64,000 nt of DNA from an uncultured Candidatus Izemoplasmatales bacterium (GTDB lineage: Bacteria; Bacillota_I; Bacilli_A; Izemoplasmatales; Hujiaoplasmataceae), in contig CAZZPD010000001.1 in NCBI GenBank assembly GCA_964655885.1, positions 11,441 through 75,440 on the forward strand, read 5' to 3'. Position 1 is the stretch's first letter. Each line of letters opens with the position of its first letter. Below, piece after piece: positions 10,842 through 20,700 of the stretch. The position numbers and the translations under genes were made by a program. The notes under the pieces were generated by a model, which worked only from the letters and a program-made list of their open reading frames with translations, was not told the origin of the DNA and ran no database searches.

Positions 10842-10870
10842 AAAAAAATCAGACTATATATAGTCCGATT
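10842..10870 (-). terminator. Probable terminator after ispF
   Basis: AATCAGACTA...TAGTCCGATT imperfect hairpin (G-U pair on the minus strand) followed by a minus-strand U-tract. Confidence 0.65.
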
Positions 10871-11360
10871 AGTCTAGTGTAAATTCTGTTCCTTCTAATA
10901 ACACTACAGCTTCACATATGATAGCTTCTTCTTTTCCCACTATCCCTAATCCTTCAAAAGTGGTTGCTTTAATAGAAATTTGTTTTCTATCACATTTCAA
11001 CATATTAGCTATATTCGTGCGCATTTCTTTCATATATGGTAATAATTTAGGTTTTTCCAAGGATACCATACAATCCACATTAACTATTTCATATCCTTTT
11101 TTATAAACATAATTAAATACTTCTTCTAAAATTAATTTAGAATCATAATCTTTATATTTTGGATCAGTATCTGGGAAAAACTTTCCTAAATCACCCAATG
11201 CACAAGCTCCTAAAATAGCTTCTGCAACTGCGTGTAATAAACAATCTCCATCAGAATAACCAACAGAGCCTTTGTGGTGGTCTATTAGCATTCCTCCTAG
11301 TTTAAAGGGTTCTCCTTCAATCATCGGATGTACGTCTTTAGAAAATCCTATTCTTATCAT
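10869..11360 (-). CDS. ispF: 2-C-methyl-D-erythritol 2,4-cyclodiphosphate synthase
   Basis: RIGFSKDVH, SDGDCLLHA, GDLGKFFPD, KATTFEGLG. Confidence 0.95.
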   Translation of the reverse strand: MIRIGFSKDVHPMIEGEPFKLGGMLIDHHKGSVGYSDGDCLLHAVAEAILGACALGDLGKFFPDTDPKYKDYDSKLILEEVFNYVYKKGYEIVNVDCMVSLEKPKLLPYMKEMRTNIANMLKCDRKQISIKATTFEGLGIVGKEEAIICEAVVLLEGTEFTLD

Positions 11361-12010
11361 ATTATTTCCTCCAATAAGGTTAAATCATATTTAGTGGTTG
11401 CCTTTATGTTAAGTTCTTGTCCTTCTACTAAAGTAACTTTTTTGTCTAATTCTTTTATAAATAAGCTTGCATCATCTGTGTAATTATTGTTATTGTTGAT
11501 TGCTAAAGAATGCGCTTTTTTTATTAAATCACTCTTAAATACTTGCGGGGTTTGTATTAATCCAATCTCATTTCTATCAATATACTCTTTTATGTAGCCT
11601 TCTTCATATTTTACCACAGAATCTTTAGCTTTTGTATATAAAACAACAGCATCCGCGTTTCTAGAAACTTGTTTTAGTTTAGCTATCTCTGCTTGTTTAA
11701 TGTTTGGTCTGGCTCCATCATGAATGAATACATATTTTGTATTTATCAAACTTAATCCATTAAATACAGATTTTTGTCTAGTGCTTCCCCCAATAACATA
11801 TTTAATTTTATCATTTTTAAAAAGTGATTTAACTTTTGATAAATCATCCTTGGACAAAACAATAACAATTTCTTTAAAATCACTATCTTTTATAAAGTTT
11901 TCTATCGTGTGTTCAAGAAGGGTTTTGTCTTTAATTTTATAAAATATTTTATTATATCCTAACCCTGTTCTTTGTGCGTTTCCCGCAGCAACAATCAATG
12001 CTGAATACAT
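11357..12010 (-). CDS. ispD: 2-C-methyl-D-erythritol 4-phosphate cytidylyltransferase
   Basis: IVAAG, GGSTRQKSV, HDGARP, QTPQVF, TDDAS; overlaps ispF by 4 nt. Confidence 0.93.
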   Translation of the reverse strand: MYSALIVAAGNAQRTGLGYNKIFYKIKDKTLLEHTIENFIKDSDFKEIVIVLSKDDLSKVKSLFKNDKIKYVIGGSTRQKSVFNGLSLINTKYVFIHDGARPNIKQAEIAKLKQVSRNADAVVLYTKAKDSVVKYEEGYIKEYIDRNEIGLIQTPQVFKSDLIKKAHSLAINNNNNYTDDASLFIKELDKKVTLVEGQELNIKATTKYDLTLLEEII

Positions 12011-12012
12011 AT

Positions 12013-13185
12013 TTACTCTCCAAAAATTGAATAATTTTTCTTATTATTTCTAATTGCTTCTTCTAATGCTTTTTGCCCTAAGTTAATTAAATCATCACTT
12101 TCATAATTTGACCAAGGATCATGTCTTACAATACCAACATTTGGATAGACAACTTGTTGAATTCCGCCGATATTTAATCTTAAATTAATGAGGTCCCCTC
12201 CGCTAACTAAAGCTCTTTTTAAGACTTCGTACTTTTGATTTTCCTTTATTACTAAGGCAAATTCTATTCCTGTAATTCTAAAAATTGTATTGAAATCTTT
12301 AGCAAAATGATATCTCATCTTCTTTATATATTCTGCAATCATTAAATTTCCAACGTCTCTGCCAAACCTCTTATTTATGTCTGGAATATTAGTAAGATGC
12401 ATTAAAACTAAATGAAATGGTTCTTTTTCTTTTCTTGTTTGTGCTAATACTTGAGATAGTTTTTCTTCATTTGGAATTGAATCTAATTCATGAATCGTTG
12501 TTTCAGGAAATAACTTCATATCTATTCCTGTTAGTGATGATAAAATATACGCTTTGTTTTTATGAAAAAATGTCTTTCCTTTTTCAACAACCCAAATATA
12601 GGATCCGTTTTTTTTCACCCTATATTTAACCTCATAGTTTGGGCTTTTTTTATTAACTTTTTTTACTGTCTGAATATATTCTGATTTATCTTCTTCATGT
12701 ATATATGAAATATAATCATCAAGCGTTAAATCAACATTTTCAGCGTTTATGATTTCTTTGGCCTTCTCTGTTATAAACATTCCTTCAAGATTATCATCAT
12801 AAAATATTAATCCTTCATTCAATAATCCTATTGTTGAAATAAATCTCAATCTTAATAAATCAGAAGTGTCTTTTACTTCTTCTAATTCTTTTTCTAACTC
12901 AAAAAAGTCATAATCAGTTAAATTCTGAGTTATTTTTATTTTATTTTTAAATGTTATCGCTATGATTAGCAACATCAAATACAAGATATATGTATAATAT
13001 TCAGTTGCTTCTTCTATTGTTAAAAATGTAATTAGTTCAGGTATTAATCTTATGATTCCATAGGCCGCTCCAGCTATTACTATTATGATTAATTTCCATA
13101 TTCGTACTTTTTTATACACTAAAGAACTTAAAATAAATAGTAATATCATCAACCCTAAAGAAATGTAGATAAATATCTCGTTCAT
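12013..13185 (-). CDS. Membrane protein with PAS domain and degenerate GGDEF domain
   Basis: 3 N-terminal TM segments; PAS-like IHEEDK...EVKYRVKKNGSYIWVVEKG; GGDEF-like INKRFGRDVGNLMI and FRITGIEFAL; start at ATG 13185. Confidence 0.75.
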   Translation of the reverse strand: MNEIFIYISLGLMILLFILSSLVYKKVRIWKLIIIVIAGAAYGIIRLIPELITFLTIEEATEYYTYILYLMLLIIAITFKNKIKITQNLTDYDFFELEKELEEVKDTSDLLRLRFISTIGLLNEGLIFYDDNLEGMFITEKAKEIINAENVDLTLDDYISYIHEEDKSEYIQTVKKVNKKSPNYEVKYRVKKNGSYIWVVEKGKTFFHKNKAYILSSLTGIDMKLFPETTIHELDSIPNEEKLSQVLAQTRKEKEPFHLVLMHLTNIPDINKRFGRDVGNLMIAEYIKKMRYHFAKDFNTIFRITGIEFALVIKENQKYEVLKRALVSGGDLINLRLNIGGIQQVVYPNVGIVRHDPWSNYESDDLINLGQKALEEAIRNNKKNYSIFGE

Positions 13186-13195
13186 AAACAACCCT

Positions 13196-15550
13196 CTATT
13201 TCTTTATATTTGTGTTTACATATATTACTGGATAAAAATACATTAAGAATATGCCTACAAAATATAAGTTATATAAAACTGAAACATATCTTTCTCCTGA
13301 TATATATGTTATCAATAATATTGATAGGAAAATGAATCCCCAAACGAATGTTAGTCCGTTACTAATGATTTTGAACAAAGTCGAATTTCGATAATCAATA
13401 TTGTGATCAAATTTGGTATATTGATATACTACTGGTTTATCGATAAAAACAGATATTAATAAGGTCAATCCCATAATTCCAAGCAAATGATCATCAATTC
13501 TTAATTGATTATAGTTACTCCAAAAAATAGATAGAAATACTCCTACTAAAAATATAAAATTTATAAAAATATCAAACCAATATATTTCTTCATAAGAACG
13601 ATATTTAAATACAGCAAGTATAATTCCTAGCGCTAATGCAGGTGGATAAATAAAAATACCATCAACGTAATTGCTGAGTAACCCCGCTGCCATGTATATA
13701 CCAAAATAAGCAAACAAGAATTTAGCTCCTAAGTTTTTATACTTTGATTTTTTATAATCAAGTGGATTATATTCTTGATAATCATCAAGATTAAATGCTT
13801 TGACTACGCTAAACAAAGTATCTGTATCTCCCCTAAATTTTAAGGATCCCTCATCTAATATTTCACTAAATGTTTTCTTTTTTAACAATAGATTGGATAA
13901 TTTATCATTAGTTGTATATATAGATAAATCAGCTTGGGAATATTTTCCTTCGTGAATAACTATATTCTTGCCTTTTGTTCTAACAAAATAAATATTTTTA
14001 CCAATGTGAAAATTAACATGAACTTCTTTTTTTCCAAAAACTGTATGATCAAAATTATGTCTTATAATCATCATAATTTCTTCGTTATTCATATAATGGA
14101 AATTTTCATCATCTTCACCAAAATATAATCTATCCTCTATTTTATCTCCAAAAATGATTGCTTGATTTAAGACACCATAAATCCCGGCTTCGGGTCTGAA
14201 ATATTTATATCCTAAATATAAATTATCAAATATTTGTGTGTGCTCAAATTCTTCAATATCAATTAATTCGTTTATAGATAAATTCTTTCGTAAATTAATA
14301 TCTGATAACATGTTGATGTATTGTTTTTCTGTTCCTTCTTTTATTCCAACGATATTCTTCTTTAATTTAGGAAAAACCGTATAGATTCTCTTCAATAATT
14401 CATCTTGTGTGTATTTACTTTCTTCATCATAGACAAAATCAAGGCATAACAATCCTTGCTTTTGATTCTTAAAGTCATTGCTATATAAAGAATAATTGAA
14501 CAGTTTAACTATTTTTAAATTGTACGCTTCTGAATTGTCAAAATAATATACTAATTTGTCAATATCTACTTTACTCGGATGAATATTTATAGCGATATAC
14601 ATTGTCTTAATATATTGTTTCATATTGATGTTGGGATAATATGATTCAATTATGTTTAAATCTTCTTCCAACTCTTTGAAGTATTTTGGATAAAACTTTA
14701 ACGGGTTGCTTTCCACAAAGAAATATTTACCAAAGTACTCATTATTATCTTTATCAACATAAGATTTTATTTTACCTTCTTCATCTAAGTTGATTTTTTT
14801 TATTCTTGTCTTAATTACTCCATTTGGGTTAATTAGTTTAAGTTTTTTAATCAATAATTCCCTTAACTCAACATAGGAGCTTTTTAAATAATAAAAACCT
14901 GATTTTAAGCCAATAAAGTAGTTACTAAAAAAATTATATGAGTTTACTTCTTGCGAATCCATTCCGTTGATAAAAGGATTTAATAAAAACTCTTTTTTTA
15001 AATCTTCATCTTCAAAATATTTATTTAATAAATCCTTTAAGTTATAGTCTCCCCACTCAATCATAAGGGATGTCAGTGTATACGTAGTATTTCTAAGCAT
15101 ATTTACATATTGTTCTAAATAATTTGTGTAATGTCTTTCTAAATCATTAAAAAATTTATGTATATTGTCTCTTGATTTAGGATAATACCTAACTAAATAT
15201 ACTCTAAATTGCTCAAACGAGTGAATTCTTTTTCTGATAATATTGTCCTTATTAACCGTTGCATCTTCTAAAATTTTAAAAAAGTCAATTTCTTTTAATA
15301 AACCTAAATCATCTAAATATTCAGATGTTAGTCCGTGCTTATCTAAACCACTAATGATTCCTTTTGAATTGTATTCAAAATGATATTTGTTGTTTTCGGG
15401 ATCTGTAATATCTATTGTTTCAAAATCATTTTCAGTTTTTGATGAATCTTGAATCACAAGAACTTTCCTCATTTTTCTAGACAAAAAATCCGCAACAATT
15501 AATGCGTAAATATCATTTCCATATACAATACAATCATATCTATTATTCAA
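13196..15550 (-). CDS. FAD-dependent-oxidoreductase-fold (phytoene-desaturase-like, degenerate) + SCP2 lipid-binding + multi-TM fusion protein
   Basis: YDCIVYGNDIYALIVADFLSRKMRKVLVIQ (Rossmann start lacking GxGxxG), IFDNLYLG; SCP2-like IHEGKYSQADLSI...GSLKFRGD; 5-6 C-terminal TM segments; TTG start with GGAGGTG RBS. Confidence 0.65.
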   Translation of the reverse strand: MNNRYDCIVYGNDIYALIVADFLSRKMRKVLVIQDSSKTENDFETIDITDPENNKYHFEYNSKGIISGLDKHGLTSEYLDDLGLLKEIDFFKILEDATVNKDNIIRKRIHSFEQFRVYLVRYYPKSRDNIHKFFNDLERHYTNYLEQYVNMLRNTTYTLTSLMIEWGDYNLKDLLNKYFEDEDLKKEFLLNPFINGMDSQEVNSYNFFSNYFIGLKSGFYYLKSSYVELRELLIKKLKLINPNGVIKTRIKKINLDEEGKIKSYVDKDNNEYFGKYFFVESNPLKFYPKYFKELEEDLNIIESYYPNINMKQYIKTMYIAINIHPSKVDIDKLVYYFDNSEAYNLKIVKLFNYSLYSNDFKNQKQGLLCLDFVYDEESKYTQDELLKRIYTVFPKLKKNIVGIKEGTEKQYINMLSDINLRKNLSINELIDIEEFEHTQIFDNLYLGYKYFRPEAGIYGVLNQAIIFGDKIEDRLYFGEDDENFHYMNNEEIMMIIRHNFDHTVFGKKEVHVNFHIGKNIYFVRTKGKNIVIHEGKYSQADLSIYTTNDKLSNLLLKKKTFSEILDEGSLKFRGDTDTLFSVVKAFNLDDYQEYNPLDYKKSKYKNLGAKFLFAYFGIYMAAGLLSNYVDGIFIYPPALALGIILAVFKYRSYEEIYWFDIFINFIFLVGVFLSIFWSNYNQLRIDDHLLGIMGLTLLISVFIDKPVVYQYTKFDHNIDYRNSTLFKIISNGLTFVWGFIFLSILLITYISGERYVSVLYNLYFVGIFLMYFYPVIYVNTNIKK

Positions 15551-15570
15551 GATCTCACCTCCGTTTTTTG

Positions 15571-15600
15571 AAAATTAAAAGCGCTATTAGCGCTTTAATT
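15571..15600 (-). terminator. Hairpin/terminator directly after cdaA
   Basis: AAAGCGCT-att-AGCGCTTT followed on the minus strand by TTTTAATTTT. Confidence 0.6.
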
Positions 15601-16335
15601 AATCTGAAGAAATTTTTCGAAATACAAATTCAATGTTTCTCTACTAACATTATATTCCATTTGACGATTAATTGTTACACTAACGTTACCTGTTTCTTCA
15701 GAGACAACAATAGTTAAAGCGTCGCTTTGTTCGCTAATCCCAATAGCAGCTCTATGTCTGGTTCCATAAGTCATTGGTAAATCTGTTCTTTCGGTTGATG
15801 GATAATACGTTTTAGCACATAAAATTTTATTTCCTCTAATGATTACCGCTCCATCGTGCAACGGAGTGGAAGGGATAAAGATTGATGTTAACAATTCTTT
15901 GGATAAATCGGCATTAATCATTAAAGACTTATTTATAAAAGGTGTTAGATTTATATTTCTTTCCACTGTGATTAAAGCCCCTATCTTTCTCTTAGATAAG
16001 AAATCCACGGAGTTCATCAATTTTTCAGCTAACTCATTGTCGATTTTTACAGGTCGCTTAACGAATCCGTTAATTCCCAGTTTCTTCAACAAATTTGCTA
16101 TTTCGGTAATATATGTCATAACAATTATATATGGCATAGGAATAAATACGATAATTCTAGTTGTTAAAGATAAATTACCGGTATAATTTATTAAGAATAC
16201 TAATGCAGTACCCGCTAAAATGAGCACAAATATTTTAAAGAGCTTAATTGATTTATATGAAACCTTCATTCTTAATGAAATTAAAAATAATGCATATAAA
16301 TACGTTACTAAAGTTAAAATAGTAAAGTTATCCAT
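15595..16335 (-). CDS. cdaA: Membrane-bound diadenylate cyclase (CdaA/DacA)
   Basis: 3 N-terminal TM segments; GALITVER, TPLHDGAV (DGA), GTRHRAAIG (RHR), VSEETG. Confidence 0.92.
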   Translation of the reverse strand: MDNFTILTLVTYLYALFLISLRMKVSYKSIKLFKIFVLILAGTALVFLINYTGNLSLTTRIIVFIPMPYIIVMTYITEIANLLKKLGINGFVKRPVKIDNELAEKLMNSVDFLSKRKIGALITVERNINLTPFINKSLMINADLSKELLTSIFIPSTPLHDGAVIIRGNKILCAKTYYPSTERTDLPMTYGTRHRAAIGISEQSDALTIVVSEETGNVSVTINRQMEYNVSRETLNLYFEKFLQIN

Positions 16336-16383
16336 GATATCACCTTTCTCTATGATTCTATTCTATATCATTTATAAATTTTA

Positions 16384-16866
16384 TTAAAGTGTATCTTCTT
16401 TTTTTACATCTGTTTTTCTAAATACCCAATCAAGTGCAAAATATGCAATTGGAATCAATAAAGCTGAAGCAAATAATGGTGCAACTAATGATAAAATTTT
16501 ATGAGTTTCATAGTTGAATTTCAACCAATTGATAGCTATAGAATCAAATGCTGATGTTAAAGAAGAACTAATAAACCATCTAGCTAAGAAAACTAATATT
16601 ACAATTGAAAATTGTACTGTCGACTTTCTTTTTGGTTTAAATGTAAAAATTGCATTGGCAAAATATGAAAAAGTTGAAGCTCCAGCAAAAGCGATTGTGT
16701 TAGACCAAAACGCCTGTGATATTTCGCTTTCAAAAGTAAATATTATATTATAAAACAAATAATAAATTAATAAATGAATTCCTGTATTAAAAACACCAAT
16801 AATTCCAAATGTTAAAAACTTTTTAGTTAAAAAATGTGTCTTTATAAAATTCCAAATCTTACTCAA
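16384..16866 (-). CDS. GtrA/GtcA-family lipid-linked sugar flippase
   Basis: FLTFGIIGVFNT, SYFANAIFTF, WVFR; 4 TM segments. Confidence 0.85.
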   Translation of the reverse strand: MSKIWNFIKTHFLTKKFLTFGIIGVFNTGIHLLIYYLFYNIIFTFESEISQAFWSNTIAFAGASTFSYFANAIFTFKPKRKSTVQFSIVILVFLARWFISSSLTSAFDSIAINWLKFNYETHKILSLVAPLFASALLIPIAYFALDWVFRKTDVKKEDTL

Positions 16867-17785
16867 CTTCTAAATCCCCCGATGTCTCTGCAATTAAATA
16901 AATTGGTCTGTTTAATGATTGTTTTCTATTTTGATATAGTAAATATATTGTTATATAACTTAGAATACTAATGATCATCAATAAAACTGATACTTGTAAA
17001 CTGATTATTAAATCACTTACTGTAAAAACATTCGATGTAAATAATATTATATCCATAACAACCAATAAAATGCTTAAAAATGCAAAAATAACCGGTAAAA
17101 CAAGTAAAATTGTTGAAAATTGATTCATTCCGTTAAATGCATATTTCATTAAAGATTTAAAACTCCATGAACTTTTTCCGTGCTGTCTAGGAATAAAATC
17201 ATATTCTATACATTTTCTTGAATATCCTACCCAAGAGAATATTCCTTTAACAAAACGATAATTATCTTTAATCTCTAAAAATGCTTTAACAACTATTTTA
17301 TCTAATAATTGAAAATCTTTTGCTCCATTTTCAAGTGGCATTTCTGTATAAAAATTATAAATTCTATAAAACCAATTAGCAAAAAATGTTCTAAGCTTAG
17401 GCTCACCTTTTCTTGATTTGCCTTTTGTATAAATTATCTTATAACCAGCTTCATACTCCTTAATCATTTCTGTGATTAATTTCGGTGGCTGTTGAAGATC
17501 GCAATCGATAATAATTACAAAATCTTTATCTTCGCTATTTACGAGTCCAGCATGCATTGCTGATTCTTTACCAAAGTTTCTAGATAAAGAAATATATTTT
17601 ACTCTGTTGTCTTTTTTACTTATTTTCTTTATTTCTTCTAATGTATTATCTTTAGAACCATCATTAACATAGAGAATATCAAATTCATAATCTTTTATAT
17701 CAATATATTTGACTACTTCTTTATAGAATAAAGAAACGTTTTCTTCTTCGTTATATGCTGGTACAATAATTCTTCCTTTTTTCAT
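16859..17785 (-). CDS. GT2 polyprenol-phosphate glycosyltransferase (GtrB/CsbB/YkoT-like)
   Basis: IVPAYNEE, VNDGSKD, SRNFGKE, IDCDLQQPP, two C-terminal TM segments, NRPIYLI. Confidence 0.9.
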   Translation of the reverse strand: MKKGRIIVPAYNEEENVSLFYKEVVKYIDIKDYEFDILYVNDGSKDNTLEEIKKISKKDNRVKYISLSRNFGKESAMHAGLVNSEDKDFVIIIDCDLQQPPKLITEMIKEYEAGYKIIYTKGKSRKGEPKLRTFFANWFYRIYNFYTEMPLENGAKDFQLLDKIVVKAFLEIKDNYRFVKGIFSWVGYSRKCIEYDFIPRQHGKSSWSFKSLMKYAFNGMNQFSTILLVLPVIFAFLSILLVVMDIILFTSNVFTVSDLIISLQVSVLLMIISILSYITIYLLYQNRKQSLNRPIYLIAETSGDLEVE

Positions 17786-20700
17786 TTTACTTCCACTCCA
17801 TTTTTCTTTCTCTTTTTAATGATGTATGGAACAAATATAGCTGAATAAACTATTACTCCACCTAAAGACACTATAGCACCTAATCCTAGGCCTTTTGGCA
17901 TAAATTTTAAGGTTATGTTTATTTCATGAGTTCCATTTGGTATTACAACACCTAGAAATCCACCACTAAGGCTGAGTGTTTCATATTGTGTTTCACTAAT
18001 AATTACCCAATCATCTGAATAACATACAGGTATCATGATGACTTGATCATACTCAGTGGCACTCATATTAGTATAACTAATATTTATTTTACCATTTTTT
18101 ATAAATAAATGCTCATCTTCTATTAAATCATTTTCTGTAACACTATTCACATTCGACATATCTTCCATACCATATTTGATAGAAAGACCATAAATGTTAG
18201 TATTCATATTATAAATTTGAGCAGTTTTAAATATATAAAGCTTATCAGGTTGTGTTTCAATATTATAAAAACCATCAATTAGATTGTATCTATTTCCAAA
18301 TTCATCAATAACAAACGCTTTATCAAAACTAAACGAATTGGTAAATGCAAATTTAATTGCATCTTCTCCATTTGAAATATCTATTTCACTTAAATCATAA
18401 ACTAAATATGCAGCTCTATTAATCGCGGCTTCTTGTCTGATTTTTAATGTTATTGGATAGTTTACATTCTCGGTTTTTTCAACATAAATGGCTTCCGGAA
18501 TCGCCCCAAAATCACATTTTATTTGATGATCATACCCGGATTGAACTATACAAGCGCCCGTACTTCCATCAGAAAACTCCATGAAAATCTCTCCATAATC
18601 TTCTTGTGTTATTCCAGTAGCTTTAATATATATTGATCCGCTATTAAAACTGATGTCCATCTGTTCATTTGAGTATTTATAAAAAGTTCTTTCAGTACTG
18701 TCAGCGTGACCTTGACGGATTACAGTTTCTATGCTTGTCACTGAAGAGAAAATAGATACTGTTCCTTCCCCGTGAACACTCGTAACATCTGTGTGTTCTA
18801 GATTTGCAAAATCTTCCATTGTTGTTTCGGTATCAATTAAAACACTTAATAACAGTAACTTTTCAGTTTCCATGCTTGAATTTAGGCTTTTATAAGCGCT
18901 AAATTCAGTATAAGTCATATATGATTCATATACTTTAAAAGGCGAAACATTCACGATTTCATATAATTTATAAGTATTATTCTCAGATATTAAAGTAAAA
19001 TATTCCTCAGAAAAACCATAATCATTTTCAGCACTAACCAAGACATATTTATACCCTAAAAAGTGATTTAAATAATAACTAAAAGTATTCATTGAATTTT
19101 TAGATTGATATTCGTTTTTATTAAATAATAACTTGCTAATGGCATTTGTTTCTTCATCTGTCCAAGAATGAAAAATTCCTGTATTTGTTGCAAAACCAGT
19201 CATTCTATTAAAGTTTGTATCTTCTACATTTAAGTTATCAATATCAACATAAACTCTGAAGAATTCATCATCTTCTATATTTTCTGATAAAAATTTATCA
19301 ATTTGATAACCATTTTCAAAAGTATCAATTTTATTACCTATTACGAGCGGTCCTGAATAAATATATCCAATTGCAACTAATATTTCTATCCACAAAAATG
19401 CTTTTATTACTGTCCATTTTTTTAGCCATCCAAATATTAACAATATCAACAAATATAATCCAGCTACCCCAAATAAAACGGTATCTGCTGTTAGAACATC
19501 TCTTGATGCTAGATAATCATCTAATTTTAATTGTGTAATGTAATAATACATTAATCCCCCAAGGATAGCCAAAAAGAAGACTATTATTGGCGTCATAAAT
19601 TTCATTTTTACTTCTTCAAATCCATGCTTATCAAAAACATGAGCAAATATCATAACTTGAAATATAGCTAACATATTAATCCATCTTGTATAAGGTGCAT
19701 CTAATGTCCCAGAAAAAATATATGAAAATAAAGGGATAATAATCATTAATAATCCTATAAATATAAATACTTTATAAACCTTGCTGATTTTATCTCTCAT
19801 AAAAAATATATATGTCATGTAAACTAAACCAATTGCGGTTATATACAAAGAAAAATGTTCTGTAGCATAACTGTTTTCAAAACCGTAGAAACCAATCGGT
19901 TTTTGTTCAACAAACATCTTCGCTAAAACTCTAATATATATATTTGGCTGGAATAATTTGAGTTCATAGGAACCAATATTTATAATCCATGCATTAAATG
20001 TTCCTTCTGCCCTATATGTTTCTTCCATGATAAATACAATTGAAGGATATGCTATGATGGCAGCCATTAATACTCCAAGTAACAATAATGCAACGAATAT
20101 TAATATTTCTTTTACAAAGATAAAAAATTTAAAATTAGGTTTTTTAAAATACTCAACCAAGAAGGCAAAACATATAAAAGCTAGTAATGTATATCCTAAA
20201 TAAAAGTCATAGAATATCGCAGCCATTGAAAACAGCGGAACAATCCATCTGTTCTTCTTAAAGAAATAATGTATCACTATTAAAGCCAAAGGCATATATA
20301 CTGTTAATGATAAGAAAACTGGAAAAGCCATGAAGCTTACTGAACCACCAGAAATAAAATAGATAATTCCCATCCAAAAAATAGTTCTGTTTTTATATCC
20401 TTGAAGAGACAAATAATAAGCAAAAAGCATAACTCCAATGAATATTTTAATTAATTCAGTAACTGAATAAGCTAATCCAATAGGCATTAAATAACTTAAA
20501 ATAAAAGTTGTTCCAGTAAATAAATCAATTGGTATATAATATACATCTGAAAAGAATGATGCACCAAAATAGTTATTTAAATTAAACCACGATATTGATC
20601 CATCCTTTAAACCACTTATAAAATCAACCATGATTGTATAATATTGTAAAATATCGTCACTGGCATTGTTATAAAAACTGTTATTAATTAATATCATAGA

